This document shows, piece after piece, positions 47,964 through 58,034 of a stretch of 64,000 bases of DNA. The translations under genes and the position numbers were made by a program. The notes below the pieces were generated by a model that saw nothing but the letters and a program-made list of their open reading frames with translations, had not been told where the DNA came from and searched no databases. Every line of letters starts with the position of its first letter. The stretch's first letter is position 1. Source of the DNA: an uncultured Methanomassiliicoccales archaeon (lineage in GTDB: Archaea > Thermoplasmatota > Thermoplasmata > Methanomassiliicoccales > CAZOLG01); contig CAZOLG010000005.1 in the NCBI GenBank assembly GCA_964580935.1, positions 10,988-74,987 of the forward strand, in the 5' to 3' direction.

Positions 47964-49310
47964 TCAGGCCCTCTTGAGGTAAACGTCGAACCTGGTACCA
48001 CCCAACTCCGAATCCCCAACTTCAACTCTCCCTCCATAGGCTTCCAAGAGCTTGCTGACCAGAAACATCCCGAGGCCAGATCCTCGTTCCCGGTCGGTGG
48101 TGAATTCCCTCTGGAAGATCTTTTTCCTATGTTCATCTGGGATTCCGCGTCCGTCATCCTCTATGGTGCACACTACTTCTTCATCATGCACCTCCTTTGA
48201 AAGTCTGATCCTAGTTCCGCCGGAGTGCCGAATAGAGTTCTCAACGATATTGGTGAAAACCCTGTCCAGCAAAGGTCCACCCTTTACCATGCACTTTTCA
48301 TGAGAGCACTCGTCGATAATCTTCATTCCCTCATCTTCCGCTCGCGGCCTCCATCTCTTCAGACCTCTGTTTACAATAGAACTGATGTCCACCGGGTCAA
48401 TCCTCTCCTCGTACGCTCTCTCCAAGGTGCTGACCTTCTCAATGATCTCCATCCCCTCTTCGGCCCCCTCTTCAGCCTTTGCGAGGTACCTTTTCTCTTT
48501 TTCCAATAGGCCATAATCTTCGATCAAATCGAGATAACCCAGGACAATCTGGATCTTGTTTCTCAGGTCATGCCTCAAGAGAGAACGCAATAATTCCTCT
48601 CGCTCCTGGGCCTCCTTCCGCTCGGAGATGTCCCTTACCGTTGCCTGCAAGAAACTCTCATCGCCGATATCCGCTCTACTCAACAGAACCGTAGCCGGAA
48701 ACTCTGTTCCATCGAGGCTTTGATGGGTCCATTCAACAAATCTGCTGCCCCTTTCCATTGCCTCCTCGATCAATTCCTTCGCCCTGATCTCGGATAGCTG
48801 ACCATCCAGCTGCCTTTCCGGAGCATACTCCCAGGGCTTCCCTGAACAGAATTATTCCTCGTCTTCGGCCTTGAACATCTCCAAAGCTGCAGGATTGGCC
48901 GCCGTGAACTCCCATTCCGGAGGCTCCAGTATCATGATCGCATCCCGTGAGGTTTCGAAGAGCTTACGAAACCTTTGCTCCGCCTTCTTTCTCTCCGAAA
49001 TATCTCGAGCGACACTCAGGATCGCGGTCTTGCCCTGATAGGTTATCAGACTGGAGCTGATCTCCACAGGTATCTTCTCTCCTTTTTTCGTGACATGTAC
49101 TGTCTCGAAGACCTGTATCTCATCCTCTTCCATACTCCCGATGAGGGCATTGATAGTTTCTGCACTTAATCCAGCATCGATTTCCTGCGGTCCCATGGAG
49201 AGCAGTTCATCCCTGGTATAGCCTAAGATTTCGACAGCGGCATCATCTCCATCGTTACATGCACCCATACATCTCTTCGAGTCTTTGGTATTTGATACCT
49301 CTCTTGACAC
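47964..49310 (-). pseudogene. PAS-PAS histidine kinase interrupted by an in-frame TAA and N-terminally truncated
   Basis: The two track ORFs are in the same frame. TAA at 48852-48854 lies inside a PAS domain (...FKAEDEE*FCSGKPWEY...). The first PAS starts mid-domain. The kinase core is intact (LRHDLRNK; DDGRGIP). Confidence 0.68.
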
Positions 49311-49637
49311 CGCTTTGTTATGTGATCTCCTTCACCATTTTCGCGTCTCCTTCGACCGGTTATTCAGTCATTTCGAGTATGAGATATCCGCCTGCACCCT
49401 CTCTGTCAGTCTCAGCGGTACTATTTCTTATGGAAACGGATAATAATACTTCCTACTCAAGAATCAGATTGTGACTTTCACTTTCTACCAGCCAACGAAT
49501 GAATGATTTCGAGAGAATGATATCGATAGAAGATTACTGGGCAACGGGGGTAATAGGAAAGGGGACATGAAAAGAATCCGTGTACGATGAGAAGGAATAT
49601 TATCGGGGAAGGCACTTGATGATAGACGGAGACACAA

Positions 49638-50501
49638 ATGGACTTGACAGAATTCAAGAAATGGATTGGAAGCGAAGTTCAAACCTACGTAATGCAGGAC
49701 GAAGGGAACAGGCTCGGTAGACTGGACGGTAGCCCCATATTCGAAGAGCCCGTTGTTGGTTTCGTCTCAGGGAGCGACCCCATTTTTCTGCAGCTGAAAG
49801 AAGTCATAGGAAGATTCCATCTCACTCCCCAGGAAGTAATGGAGTACGGAGCGAACAAGAAAGGTGTCCCCATATCGGATAACAAGGAGGCGGGTGTGAT
49901 TTCGTATATCCTGCCCATCTCCGCCGAGACCAGACGGGAGAACGCCGATATGGAAAAGAGACCCTCGGAGCGGTGGTCTCATACCCGCCTCTTTGGAGAG
50001 GAGTTCAACAAGAATCTCTCCAGACACCTCGTGTCTCTTGTAGAAGATCGAGGGTATCTTGCCGTAGCACCGGGGACTGAAGATTCGCTCTTCAAAACGC
50101 TCGATGATGAGAGAGTGGGCAAGACCTCCAACTGGTCCCAGCGCCACATCGCCTACGCTGCGGGTTTGGGTACATTCGGGCTGTCCGATGGACTCATCAC
50201 AGCCAGAGGGAAGGCACATAGAGCGGGGAGTGTGGTGGTGAACTACCCTCTGGAATCCCCTGAAGAGAGAGCGGGTCTCCATGACTACTGCCTTTTCTAC
50301 AGGAACAAGAGCTGCAGAGCATGTGCAGAGAGATGTCCAGTGGACGCCATTACCGGAGAGGGGCACGACAAGGAAAAGTGTGCCAAATTTGTTTTCGGTC
50401 AGGAGGATTTCGTGATCAAGAACTACGGCATCGATATCTACGGATGTGGTCTATGTCAGACTGGTGTCCCCTGCGAATCCGGGATTCCGTTAGACGATTG
50501 A
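49638..50501 (+). CDS. QueG/reductive-dehalogenase-superfamily Fe-S protein (epoxyqueuosine-reductase-like)
   Basis: 287 aa. The block WSQRHIAYAAGLGTFGLSDGLITARGKAHRAGSVVV parallels the QueG core (S.R.AA..AGLG..GKN.LLIT...GS...LG). It has C-terminal Cys clusters CRACAERCP and CGLCQTGVPC. Confidence 0.65.
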   Translation: MDLTEFKKWIGSEVQTYVMQDEGNRLGRLDGSPIFEEPVVGFVSGSDPIFLQLKEVIGRFHLTPQEVMEYGANKKGVPISDNKEAGVISYILPISAETRRENADMEKRPSERWSHTRLFGEEFNKNLSRHLVSLVEDRGYLAVAPGTEDSLFKTLDDERVGKTSNWSQRHIAYAAGLGTFGLSDGLITARGKAHRAGSVVVNYPLESPEERAGLHDYCLFYRNKSCRACAERCPVDAITGEGHDKEKCAKFVFGQEDFVIKNYGIDIYGCGLCQTGVPCESGIPLDD

Positions 50502-50687
50502 CAGCTGTTAACGGCTTCTGAAACATCCCTTCAGGGAGCTTTAGATAACCCATCTTGATACATGCTTTGGTCGGTAGCCGTTGGCATGGTGGAAAATGAC
50601 TAGCCGGAGGTCGGACTTCCTTGATGTGTACCATAATTCATACAATCTTCAGATAGTTGGATAGGTCGTTGCAAGTTTTCCCATCAT

Positions 50688-50706
50688 TATGCAATATTGT
50701 TGCATA
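50688..50706. promoter_or_regulatory. Inverted repeat TATGCAA-N5-TTGCATA upstream of the UroD-like gene
   Basis: Read directly from the sequence. A further TTGCAA copy lies at about 50669-50674. A TATA-like AAAATTATATAC lies at about 50758-50769, ~35 nt before ATG 50803. Confidence 0.25.
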
Positions 50707-50802
50707 TTAACACCCTTAATTGAGTAAGATGAAACATCGTTTCGAACCGCTGATAATAAAAATTATATACGCGCTACGATACTCAAGTCATGGGGATTAA
50801 TA

Positions 50803-51921
50803 ATGGGCTATGAGGAAAAATTTCCTGATGTAGATCCTGACTGGCATGCGAATGCCACTCAGCGATTCGCGAGTCCCTTTGTCGACATGCCCCATGACAG
50901 GATCAGTGTAGATCCGATCATGCTTTCTCATGCTGCAGTTGCATGTGGGTATACGATTAGGGACTTTTATGAAAAGCCTGAACTGGGAATCCACTGTGTC
51001 GGTTACATGTCCAACCTGTACGACCTTCTCCCAGTAACCCATTGGTTCTTTTCGTTGCCATGGGTGACTGAATTGGGCGTCACACTGGAGTATAAAGACA
51101 CACTACCGCCAGTATCCACCGGACCTGTGATTTCAGAGCCCGGAGAGGTGGATGATATAGAGGTTCCAGGAGTGGAAGATCTCAAGAAGGAATGGACACT
51201 TCCGATGTTCTACCGGATTTACGATTACGTAGCAGAGAACCTTCCGCAAACCTTGGTGCCGATTTCCTATGGGTTCGACCTAGTCGGTGCGGCGGCGGAG
51301 CTCTGTGGAGTCGAACAATTCATAATGTGGACCTTCACGGAACCAGAACAGTCAATGAAGCTAGTGCAGAAGTACACTGATACTTCAGTAAACGGGGCCA
51401 TCGGACTGGCCGACAAGTATGGTATGGCCATGCTGATTGTCGGATCCGTTCTGGCCAATAACGACATCTTCTCCGATGACGATGTCGAGAAGTACTCCGC
51501 CAAGATGATGAGATACTATGTGGACAAGTCGTTCAGAGGGGGCGCTGGTCCGCAGCTGTTCTACCACCTTTGTGGAAACCACGAGACGGACTACAAGAGG
51601 TTCAAAGAAAACCTTATATGGTCGCCTTTCACCGTGTTCCACGTCGGATATAAGGGCAGCAAAGTGTTCCCATCCAGTCTCCTGAAGGAGGAGTTCGGAG
51701 ATATGGCCACCATCATGGGATCAGTGGACACCAAACTGATGATAAATGCTAACCCGAAGGCTGTGTATGATCAGTCCAAGGAGCAGCTCATCGGCGGTAG
51801 AGACAGTCCCAAGGGATACATCTTGGGTAACTCGTGCGAATGTCCGCCATATACACATCCGGGTAACTTGCTAGCAATGACCAGAGCTGCGAGGGACTAC
51901 GGTACATACGGAGAATGGTGA
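50803..51921 (+). CDS. Uroporphyrinogen-decarboxylase-family (MtaA/CmuA-like) methyltransferase
   Basis: 372 aa with a URO-D-like TIM barrel. A MtaA-type Zn motif His-x-Cys (YHLCGNH) and a later Cys (NSCECPP) are present. Confidence 0.75.
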   Translation: MGYEEKFPDVDPDWHANATQRFASPFVDMPHDRISVDPIMLSHAAVACGYTIRDFYEKPELGIHCVGYMSNLYDLLPVTHWFFSLPWVTELGVTLEYKDTLPPVSTGPVISEPGEVDDIEVPGVEDLKKEWTLPMFYRIYDYVAENLPQTLVPISYGFDLVGAAAELCGVEQFIMWTFTEPEQSMKLVQKYTDTSVNGAIGLADKYGMAMLIVGSVLANNDIFSDDDVEKYSAKMMRYYVDKSFRGGAGPQLFYHLCGNHETDYKRFKENLIWSPFTVFHVGYKGSKVFPSSLLKEEFGDMATIMGSVDTKLMINANPKAVYDQSKEQLIGGRDSPKGYILGNSCECPPYTHPGNLLAMTRAARDYGTYGEW

Positions 51922-51931
51922 GGTGAGAAAA

Positions 51932-52384
51932 ATGGATATTAAAATTCCGGAAGAGGCCGAAGAGATCCTCGGCGAGAGGGGTATAAAGGCGAAAGATGTG
52001 AAGGACATCATCAGTACAGCCGAGTCTACTGGAAAGAAGCTCACCCACGAGGAAGAACCTAAGATCCTGGCCAAGAAGGTATTGGGCGACACCACAGTCT
52101 ACGCGGAGTACCATATGGATGGAAATGCCGCCGTGGTGGACACCGCCTACGCCCACAGGATTGCGCTTGGCGACACGGTCAACGAGTTTGGCTCTGCTGG
52201 CTGGAGATGTGAGAACTGTCGGGAGAAGGCCGTTGAGGGTCATGTTGAGATGTCCTACATGGACGTGACCAGGAACGGTCCGGCGATCATATGTCCTAAG
52301 TGCCAAGATTCGTGGGCTGAAGAATACTTGGCCACAGGCACAATGGCTGCAGTCGAAGGCCTGTTCGAGAAGAAGAGGGCTTAA
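51932..52384 (+). CDS. Hypothetical Zn-ribbon protein coupled to the UroD-like gene
   Basis: About 150 aa with CENC...CPKC. ATG 51932 lies 10 nt after the UroD-like stop, behind GGTGAGGTGA. Confidence 0.5.
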   Translation: MDIKIPEEAEEILGERGIKAKDVKDIISTAESTGKKLTHEEEPKILAKKVLGDTTVYAEYHMDGNAAVVDTAYAHRIALGDTVNEFGSAGWRCENCREKAVEGHVEMSYMDVTRNGPAIICPKCQDSWAEEYLATGTMAAVEGLFEKKRA

Positions 52385-52390
52385 ACACAT

Positions 52391-52430
52391 TGGCCGCTCC
52401 GTCGGCCATTAGTTTTTAATTTTTATTTTT
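52391..52430 (+). terminator. Hairpin followed by three oligo-T tracts
   Basis: The stem is TGGCCG-CTCCGT-CGGCCA (52391-52408). It is followed by T5, T5 and T5 runs (52413-52430), immediately after the Zn-ribbon gene. Confidence 0.5.
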
Positions 52431-52523
52431 ATTGTCCACTTCAGAGGAGGTTAGTTCAGTCATACGATTAATTAGTTAAGTGTAAATGCTATTACGCCAT
52501 CACACTGGAAACGGGGTATCGAC

Positions 52524-53894
52524 GTGGATCAGAAGATCGGAGAAACGGACAGTCTCTGTCCCGAGTGCCTGCAGACAGTCCCAGCGGAGAAAATAGCTGA
52601 AGGAGAGAAAATCTACCTGGTGAAGACCTGTCCAGAACACGGGACCTTCCGTTCCCTTATTTGGAGAGGGGTTGACGACTATAGAGATCTGAACAGGTAT
52701 GCGGGTGAACCCGTAAAGCCGGGCGATATATCCGTGCACAACTCAGGGAACTGCCCCCAGATATGCGGCCTGTGTGAAGATCACAAACAGCACACATGTC
52801 TGGTGGTGCTTGAGGTGACTAACGGCTGTAATCTGAACTGCCCCATATGCTTTGCCAGATCAAACCAAGGTTACAGGTTCCACCCCACCCTGGAGGAGAT
52901 CGAAGGCATGTGGAGGACGGTGGTGGAAAAGGTCGATTCTCCCATATGCGTCCAGATCAGCGGAGGAGAACCCACCATAAGGAGTGATCTACCGGAGATA
53001 ATCAGGATGGGCAAGGAGATGGGCGTAGACTATATCGAGTTGAACACCAACGGCGTCAAGCTCGCAGAGGATTCCGACTACGTTCGCAAGCTCAAAGAAT
53101 CGGGTGTGGATTCCCTTTACTTTTCGTTCGATGGTGTTACCCCTGAAGTATACGAGGAGACCTGTGGAGAGGACCTGCTGGAGGTCAAGAGGAAGGCGTT
53201 GGACAATTGTGAGGAGGCGGAGATGGGGGTGACGCTGGTCACCGTGGTCTCCCCGAAATTGAACCTGGACCAGGTGGGAGACATCATAAGGTTCGCGGCC
53301 GACAGGATACCCACGGTGAAGGGTGTACACTTCCAGCCGATCAGCTTCTTCGGCAGGTATCCGACCGCGCCTGGAGACGACGACAGGATGCTGATTCCCG
53401 ATCTGATCGAGGAGATCGAGGAGCAGACAGATGGTCAGATCAGGGCGGAGAACTTCGTTCCCACTTCCTGCGCCAACGTCCACTGCGACTCCAAATCGTT
53501 GTCGGTCAAGATGGAGGACGGTTCTATATTCCCCATCACCAGCAGGGCACTGGGTCCACCTGAAGACACTTCTGAGATAGCGAAGAAGACCAGGGGGGAG
53601 ATCTCAGACCTGTGGAGGTTCGTTGATGAAGTGCTCTCCGACGCCGATACGGAGGGGGACGACACCTGGATGGGTTTCCTTCAAAGGGCGAAGTCCCAGT
53701 ATTTAACAATTTCAATGATGGCGTTTCAGGACGTATGGAACGTGGAGACCGACAGGCTACAGCGATGCTGCATACACACCGTCACTCCGGACGGCAGGCT
53801 CATACCGTTCTGCCTGTTCAATATTACATCGTCTGGAGGAGACACCCTGTATAGACACCAGATATTCAGCAAATACGCAAGAGAAGGAGATTAG
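52524..53894 (+). CDS. Radical SAM protein with N-terminal Zn-ribbon (COG1964 type, the family containing MJ0619 tetraether lipid synthase Tes/GDGT-MAS)
   Basis: 456 aa. It has an N-terminal CPEC...CPEHG. The radical SAM cluster motif is CNLNCPICF. It also has the auxiliary Cys run CPQICGLCEDH. The link to Tes is by remembered family architecture only. Confidence 0.6.
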   Translation: MDQKIGETDSLCPECLQTVPAEKIAEGEKIYLVKTCPEHGTFRSLIWRGVDDYRDLNRYAGEPVKPGDISVHNSGNCPQICGLCEDHKQHTCLVVLEVTNGCNLNCPICFARSNQGYRFHPTLEEIEGMWRTVVEKVDSPICVQISGGEPTIRSDLPEIIRMGKEMGVDYIELNTNGVKLAEDSDYVRKLKESGVDSLYFSFDGVTPEVYEETCGEDLLEVKRKALDNCEEAEMGVTLVTVVSPKLNLDQVGDIIRFAADRIPTVKGVHFQPISFFGRYPTAPGDDDRMLIPDLIEEIEEQTDGQIRAENFVPTSCANVHCDSKSLSVKMEDGSIFPITSRALGPPEDTSEIAKKTRGEISDLWRFVDEVLSDADTEGDDTWMGFLQRAKSQYLTISMMAFQDVWNVETDRLQRCCIHTVTPDGRLIPFCLFNITSSGGDTLYRHQIFSKYAREGD

Positions 53895-53902
53895 TGAAAA
53901 GA

Positions 53903-54208
53903 CTAGCGGGAGGGCTTCTTGCCCACACTCTGGTGATAATCGTCGATTATCTTGTTCATATAGTTGGCGAGTACCTTCTGCTTCGCGTTATTGTCCACCC
54001 ACATCGAAGTCAGCGGGAATTCATGGTCACAGAACGGACACCTTGCGAACTTGCAGTCCTTGGTGGCGAACCGGCAGCCCTTGCAGGCAATTGCCCTTGA
54101 CTGGAAGAGGCTGAAGTCCTTACCGCACCTCGGGCAGGTGATCTGCTTGGTAGTCTTCAACAATTTGTGTGAGATTCCCATCTGTCTCATGTGAGGGGTC
54201 AAGACCAT
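53903..54208 (-). CDS. Hypothetical multi-CxxC Zn-ribbon protein
   Basis: 101 aa with CPRC, CKGC and CPFC pairs. I recognise no family. Confidence 0.45.
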   Translation of the reverse strand: MVLTPHMRQMGISHKLLKTTKQITCPRCGKDFSLFQSRAIACKGCRFATKDCKFARCPFCDHEFPLTSMWVDNNAKQKVLANYMNKIIDDYHQSVGKKPSR

Positions 54209-54293
54209 GTTTTCTCTCCGCTCGAAAAAAGTAGAACCAAGTTATTTAAACTCTTTCCGGGACAGAGGAAAGTGGTAACTGGGGAAGCTTGAT

Positions 54294-55064
54294 TCAGATG
54301 TCAGATTTGGTGGTCTCCATTCCTGGCGGCAATACCACCGGCCAGTTCAGAAAGGGTGGATAGGGGTATGAAGCGGCGTCCTCCGTTGAGTACAGACCAT
54401 CCAACAGTCTGTCCAAGCCCGCTGGCGATAGGGTGGTAATCATCTCCTCTTCCTTGGGCATGCCGAATAGCCGGTCTCCCATACAAGGGATATCGATATC
54501 GAAGTCCTTACCGTTGAGTACCCTGGAGATGGAGGCGCACAGAGAGACCTGACCTGTTATTCTCGTCTCTACTGACCTGCCCGTATGGTAGACGTGAGCG
54601 ATGATCAGTCTCAGCGCCTGAGCGGGGTTCACGTACATCACGATCACATCGGGTTCCACGGGCATCAGGCCAAAAGGAGCCATCAGCAGTGCCTTGTACC
54701 TGGTCTCATGATCACCTATCATCCCGATGGATTCATGAAGTTCCCTTGCCGCCGATCTGTCCTTTGTGAACTGTTCATAGAGTAGCCCGTTACGCAGCCG
54801 GTCAGGCGACCTGATCAATCCCACGGAGGCCGCTCCCCACACACATTTCATGCCCTCGCGGGAGGCGCCCACCACCCCCTCCCCTCCATAATGTCTGGCA
54901 AGTGCTACCATATGACAGATCGAGCTCTTTCTAAGCAACCTTGCCTCAGGGAAATCTAACAGGTCTTTCGCCTCTGCCAGGAACTTGATTCCTACCGGAT
55001 TCGTGCTCAGATCCAGTTTGGATCTTATGGTCTCTGCAGTCTCCTCCCAATCGTGCTGGCCCAT
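54294..55064 (-). CDS. DUF169 family protein
   Basis: 256 aa. The NPVGIKF block and the overall pattern are typical of DUF169. Confidence 0.72.
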   Translation of the reverse strand: MGQHDWEETAETIRSKLDLSTNPVGIKFLAEAKDLLDFPEARLLRKSSICHMVALARHYGGEGVVGASREGMKCVWGAASVGLIRSPDRLRNGLLYEQFTKDRSAARELHESIGMIGDHETRYKALLMAPFGLMPVEPDVIVMYVNPAQALRLIIAHVYHTGRSVETRITGQVSLCASISRVLNGKDFDIDIPCMGDRLFGMPKEEEMITTLSPAGLDRLLDGLYSTEDAASYPYPPFLNWPVVLPPGMETTKSDI

Positions 55065-55323
55065 ATTCCGAAGATGGGTGCAGAAATATAACTAAATTGC
55101 GAGTATTGTTTCCTTTGAACGCGGCATTCACCATGAGAAAGAAATATACAACATGCTTCCGTTTCCTGAACCTGTGAAACCCTTACGGAAACTGAAGTTG
55201 GCCCTGGCCAGGAGGAAGTTGTCTTCCACGAAAATAGATGGGGGGGTGGACCACCCGCTCGAAGCATGGATCCACGGACAGGTGATAGACGAGTTCAATT
55301 CCTCGACTGAGCTCGGGAAGAAG

Positions 55324-56622
55324 ATGGGCGATAGGCGCCCGGACGATGTGCAGAGATCGGACATTGAACAGTATCAGCTATTCCGCTTCAGGAGAATGCT
55401 TCAGTACGTCAAAGAGAACAGTGTTTTTTACAGGAAGCTGTTCGAGGACGGGGTATCGCCACAGGATATCAGGACCTATGAAGACCTAGAGAAAGTACCT
55501 CTGACCGAACCGGCGGAACTGTCCGAGAACCCGTACCTCTTCCTGTGCGTTTCACAGCGGGAGATCAAGCGCCCTTTCACCACTTCCGGCACCTCAGGAC
55601 AGCGCAAGAGGATATTCTTCACCAGTGAGGATCTGCTTCACATCATCGACTCCATCTCTGCCGCTCTGAAGACGGTGGGTATGACTGATGAGGACACGCT
55701 CCAGATCATGTTTCCCACCATTGCCTCCTGGGACCCGGGGTACATGCTGAAGGGGGCATGCGAGGTGGTCGGTTTCTCATCTGTGGTCCAGGATACCATG
55801 GATGTGGGCGAACAGATCAGGACCATGGAAGAGAACGGTACTTCTATGCTGATCGGTCTCACCTCTTTCATCTACAGGATCACCATGCTCGCCAGAAAGT
55901 CCTATGATCTGAGGACCCTGGGCATTAAGAAGATCATCCTTTCCGCCGAACCGCTGTCTGAAGCCATGAGGCGGGAGATAGAATCAGCATGGGGGTGCAA
56001 GGCACTCAGTCAATACGGACTGACCGAGATGGGTTTGGCCAACGCCATCGAGTGTGATGTCCAGCAGGGACTGCATGTCAACGAGGCGGATTTCCTGGTG
56101 GAGGTAATCGACCCCGAGACCGGTAAACATGTTGAAGAGGGTAAGGAGGGGGAACTGGTGTTTACCTCCCTGACCGCACAGGGGACACCCCTGATCAGGT
56201 ATAGAACCTACGATCTGTCCCGACTCATTTCGCCCCCATGCGAGTGCGGGTTCCAGACCATCTCCAAGGTGGGCAAAATTAACGGTAGGCTGGATATGCA
56301 GACCAAGATAGGTCTCGGAGAGAAAGTATATCCTCTGCTGTTTGACGAAGCTCTGTTGAGCGTCCCCGGAGTACTGAACTATCGCATCATCATCGACAAG
56401 GCTGGGTACAAAGACCGCCTAAGATTCAGGGTCGAAGTGATGGAGAAAAGGGAGGGGCAGGAAGAGGAGCTGAAGGAAAAGCTGTGCTCGCTGGAAGAGG
56501 TCCGATCGGGGGTGGAAAGAGACCTGCTGGAACCTCCAGAAGTCGAGATCGTTGAACTGGGGACACTGGAGTACACGCCCAAGTCACAGACCATTGTGGA
56601 TAATCGAGAGATATTCGATTGA
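55324..56622 (+). CDS. Phenylacetate-CoA ligase / coenzyme F390 synthetase-family adenylating enzyme (PaaK-like)
   Basis: About 432 aa from ATG 55324; the track ORF starts at 55153. It has FTTSGTSGQRKRIFFT and PaaK-like N- and C-domains. Confidence 0.78.
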   Translation: MGDRRPDDVQRSDIEQYQLFRFRRMLQYVKENSVFYRKLFEDGVSPQDIRTYEDLEKVPLTEPAELSENPYLFLCVSQREIKRPFTTSGTSGQRKRIFFTSEDLLHIIDSISAALKTVGMTDEDTLQIMFPTIASWDPGYMLKGACEVVGFSSVVQDTMDVGEQIRTMEENGTSMLIGLTSFIYRITMLARKSYDLRTLGIKKIILSAEPLSEAMRREIESAWGCKALSQYGLTEMGLANAIECDVQQGLHVNEADFLVEVIDPETGKHVEEGKEGELVFTSLTAQGTPLIRYRTYDLSRLISPPCECGFQTISKVGKINGRLDMQTKIGLGEKVYPLLFDEALLSVPGVLNYRIIIDKAGYKDRLRFRVEVMEKREGQEEELKEKLCSLEEVRSGVERDLLEPPEVEIVELGTLEYTPKSQTIVDNREIFD

Positions 56623-56697
56623 TGGGCACAAATTGACCTGGAGTGGTCGCTATGGACTCCGAAAATTTCTTGAATCATCCGCCCTTTGTGGACTCGA

Positions 56698-57288
56698 ATG
56701 AAAGTCGGCGTTGTTTCTGTCCAGGGTGCCGCACCTGAGCACCTACGTACCTTCAAGAGAGCAATGGAAGTGAAGGGCATGGAGGGCGAGGTGGTGTTTG
56801 TACGCAGAGAGAAAGACCTTGATGGCGTGCGGTGTCTTGCCCTCCCCGGAGGAGAGAGTACCACCATATCCAAGTTGCTCCACAGGTTCGATATCTTCCA
56901 GAGGATAATCGAGCTGGGAGAGAAGGGGGTGCCGATCATGGGCACGTGTGCCGGATGCATACTGTTGGCCAAAGAGGGGGGTGAGGAGGTGGAGAGGAGC
57001 GAGACCAAATTGATGGGGATGATGGACATGGCCGTCAAGCGCAATGCCTTCGGCAGACAGAAGGAGTCGTTCGAGGCCCCTCTGGAAGTAAAAGGTCTGG
57101 ACGGACCGTTCCCAGCAGTGTTCATCAGAGCTCCAGCGATTACCGAAGTATGGGGAGACTGTGAGGTGTACTCTTCTTACGATAATCATACAGTAATGGC
57201 CAGGCAGGAAAACCTGTTGGGACTATCATTTCATCCAGAACTGTCCGGCGATACGCGCATACACGAGATGCTGCTGGATATGATATGA
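56698..57288 (+). CDS. pdxT: Pyridoxal 5'-phosphate synthase glutaminase subunit PdxT
   Basis: About 196 aa. It has MKVGVVSVQG, LPGGESTT, the catalytic GTCAG block, and FHPE. Confidence 0.9.
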   Translation: MKVGVVSVQGAAPEHLRTFKRAMEVKGMEGEVVFVRREKDLDGVRCLALPGGESTTISKLLHRFDIFQRIIELGEKGVPIMGTCAGCILLAKEGGEEVERSETKLMGMMDMAVKRNAFGRQKESFEAPLEVKGLDGPFPAVFIRAPAITEVWGDCEVYSSYDNHTVMARQENLLGLSFHPELSGDTRIHEMLLDMI

Positions 57289-57302
57289 GGTCAAGGCGGT
57301 AT

Positions 57303-58034
57303 TCAGCTCTTGATGGCCTCAATAATCCTTCTCAGCATATTGGAGTTGTTGTCTTCCACCACGTTTCCGGTGACGATTATATCCGCACCGGCGCCGACGA
57401 TCTCCGATGCCTGTTCCGGCTTCCTGATACCCCCGCCCACCACCAGAGGTATGGATAACGCCTCTTTCATGGCCCTGATCATGGGGCAAGAAACGGGCTC
57501 CGGTGCTCCACTGCCCGCTTCCAGATACACCAGATCCATCCCGAACAGTTCGGTGGCCAGTCCGTAGGCGATGGCCTTCTCGATGTCGTCCCTCTTCAGC
57601 ACATCGGCCTGCCCGACCTCTCCCACTTTCATACCTGGCTCCACGATCAGGTATCCCATGGAGATGGTCTCCAGGCCGAGTCTGCGTATCGCAGTTGCCC
57701 CGGTCACCTGTTCACCTATAACATGATCAATATTCCTCGAATTGAGCATGCTCATGAAGTAAACGGCATCGCAGTGCCCTGAGATAGCATGCGCCCCAGA
57801 GGGGAAGTAGATGACGGGCAGCTCAGTCCTCTTCTTTATGGAGAGGACCGTCTCATCGAGATTTTCCTGAGTGATACCGGTGGATCCTCCAACCATGATC
57901 GCATCCGTTCCCAGCATGTCAACATCCTGAGCGATAGTCCCCGCCCCCTCCGGGCTCTGATTGTCGGGATCGATCAACGTCATGTGAAGAGGCTCTGCGC
58001 TAAGCCTCTCTTCCAGATACTCTTTGACTTTCAT
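57303..58034 (-). CDS. Geranylgeranylglyceryl phosphate synthase (GGGPS, PcrB family)
   Basis: ATG 58034 lies behind GGGAGG and forms an ATGA overlap with the upstream gene's stop. The blocks IMVGGSTG, YLEAGSGA and VVGGGIR are typical of GGGPS. Confidence 0.9.
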   Translation of the reverse strand: MKVKEYLEERLSAEPLHMTLIDPDNQSPEGAGTIAQDVDMLGTDAIMVGGSTGITQENLDETVLSIKKRTELPVIYFPSGAHAISGHCDAVYFMSMLNSRNIDHVIGEQVTGATAIRRLGLETISMGYLIVEPGMKVGEVGQADVLKRDDIEKAIAYGLATELFGMDLVYLEAGSGAPEPVSCPMIRAMKEALSIPLVVGGGIRKPEQASEIVGAGADIIVTGNVVEDNNSNMLRRIIEAIKS

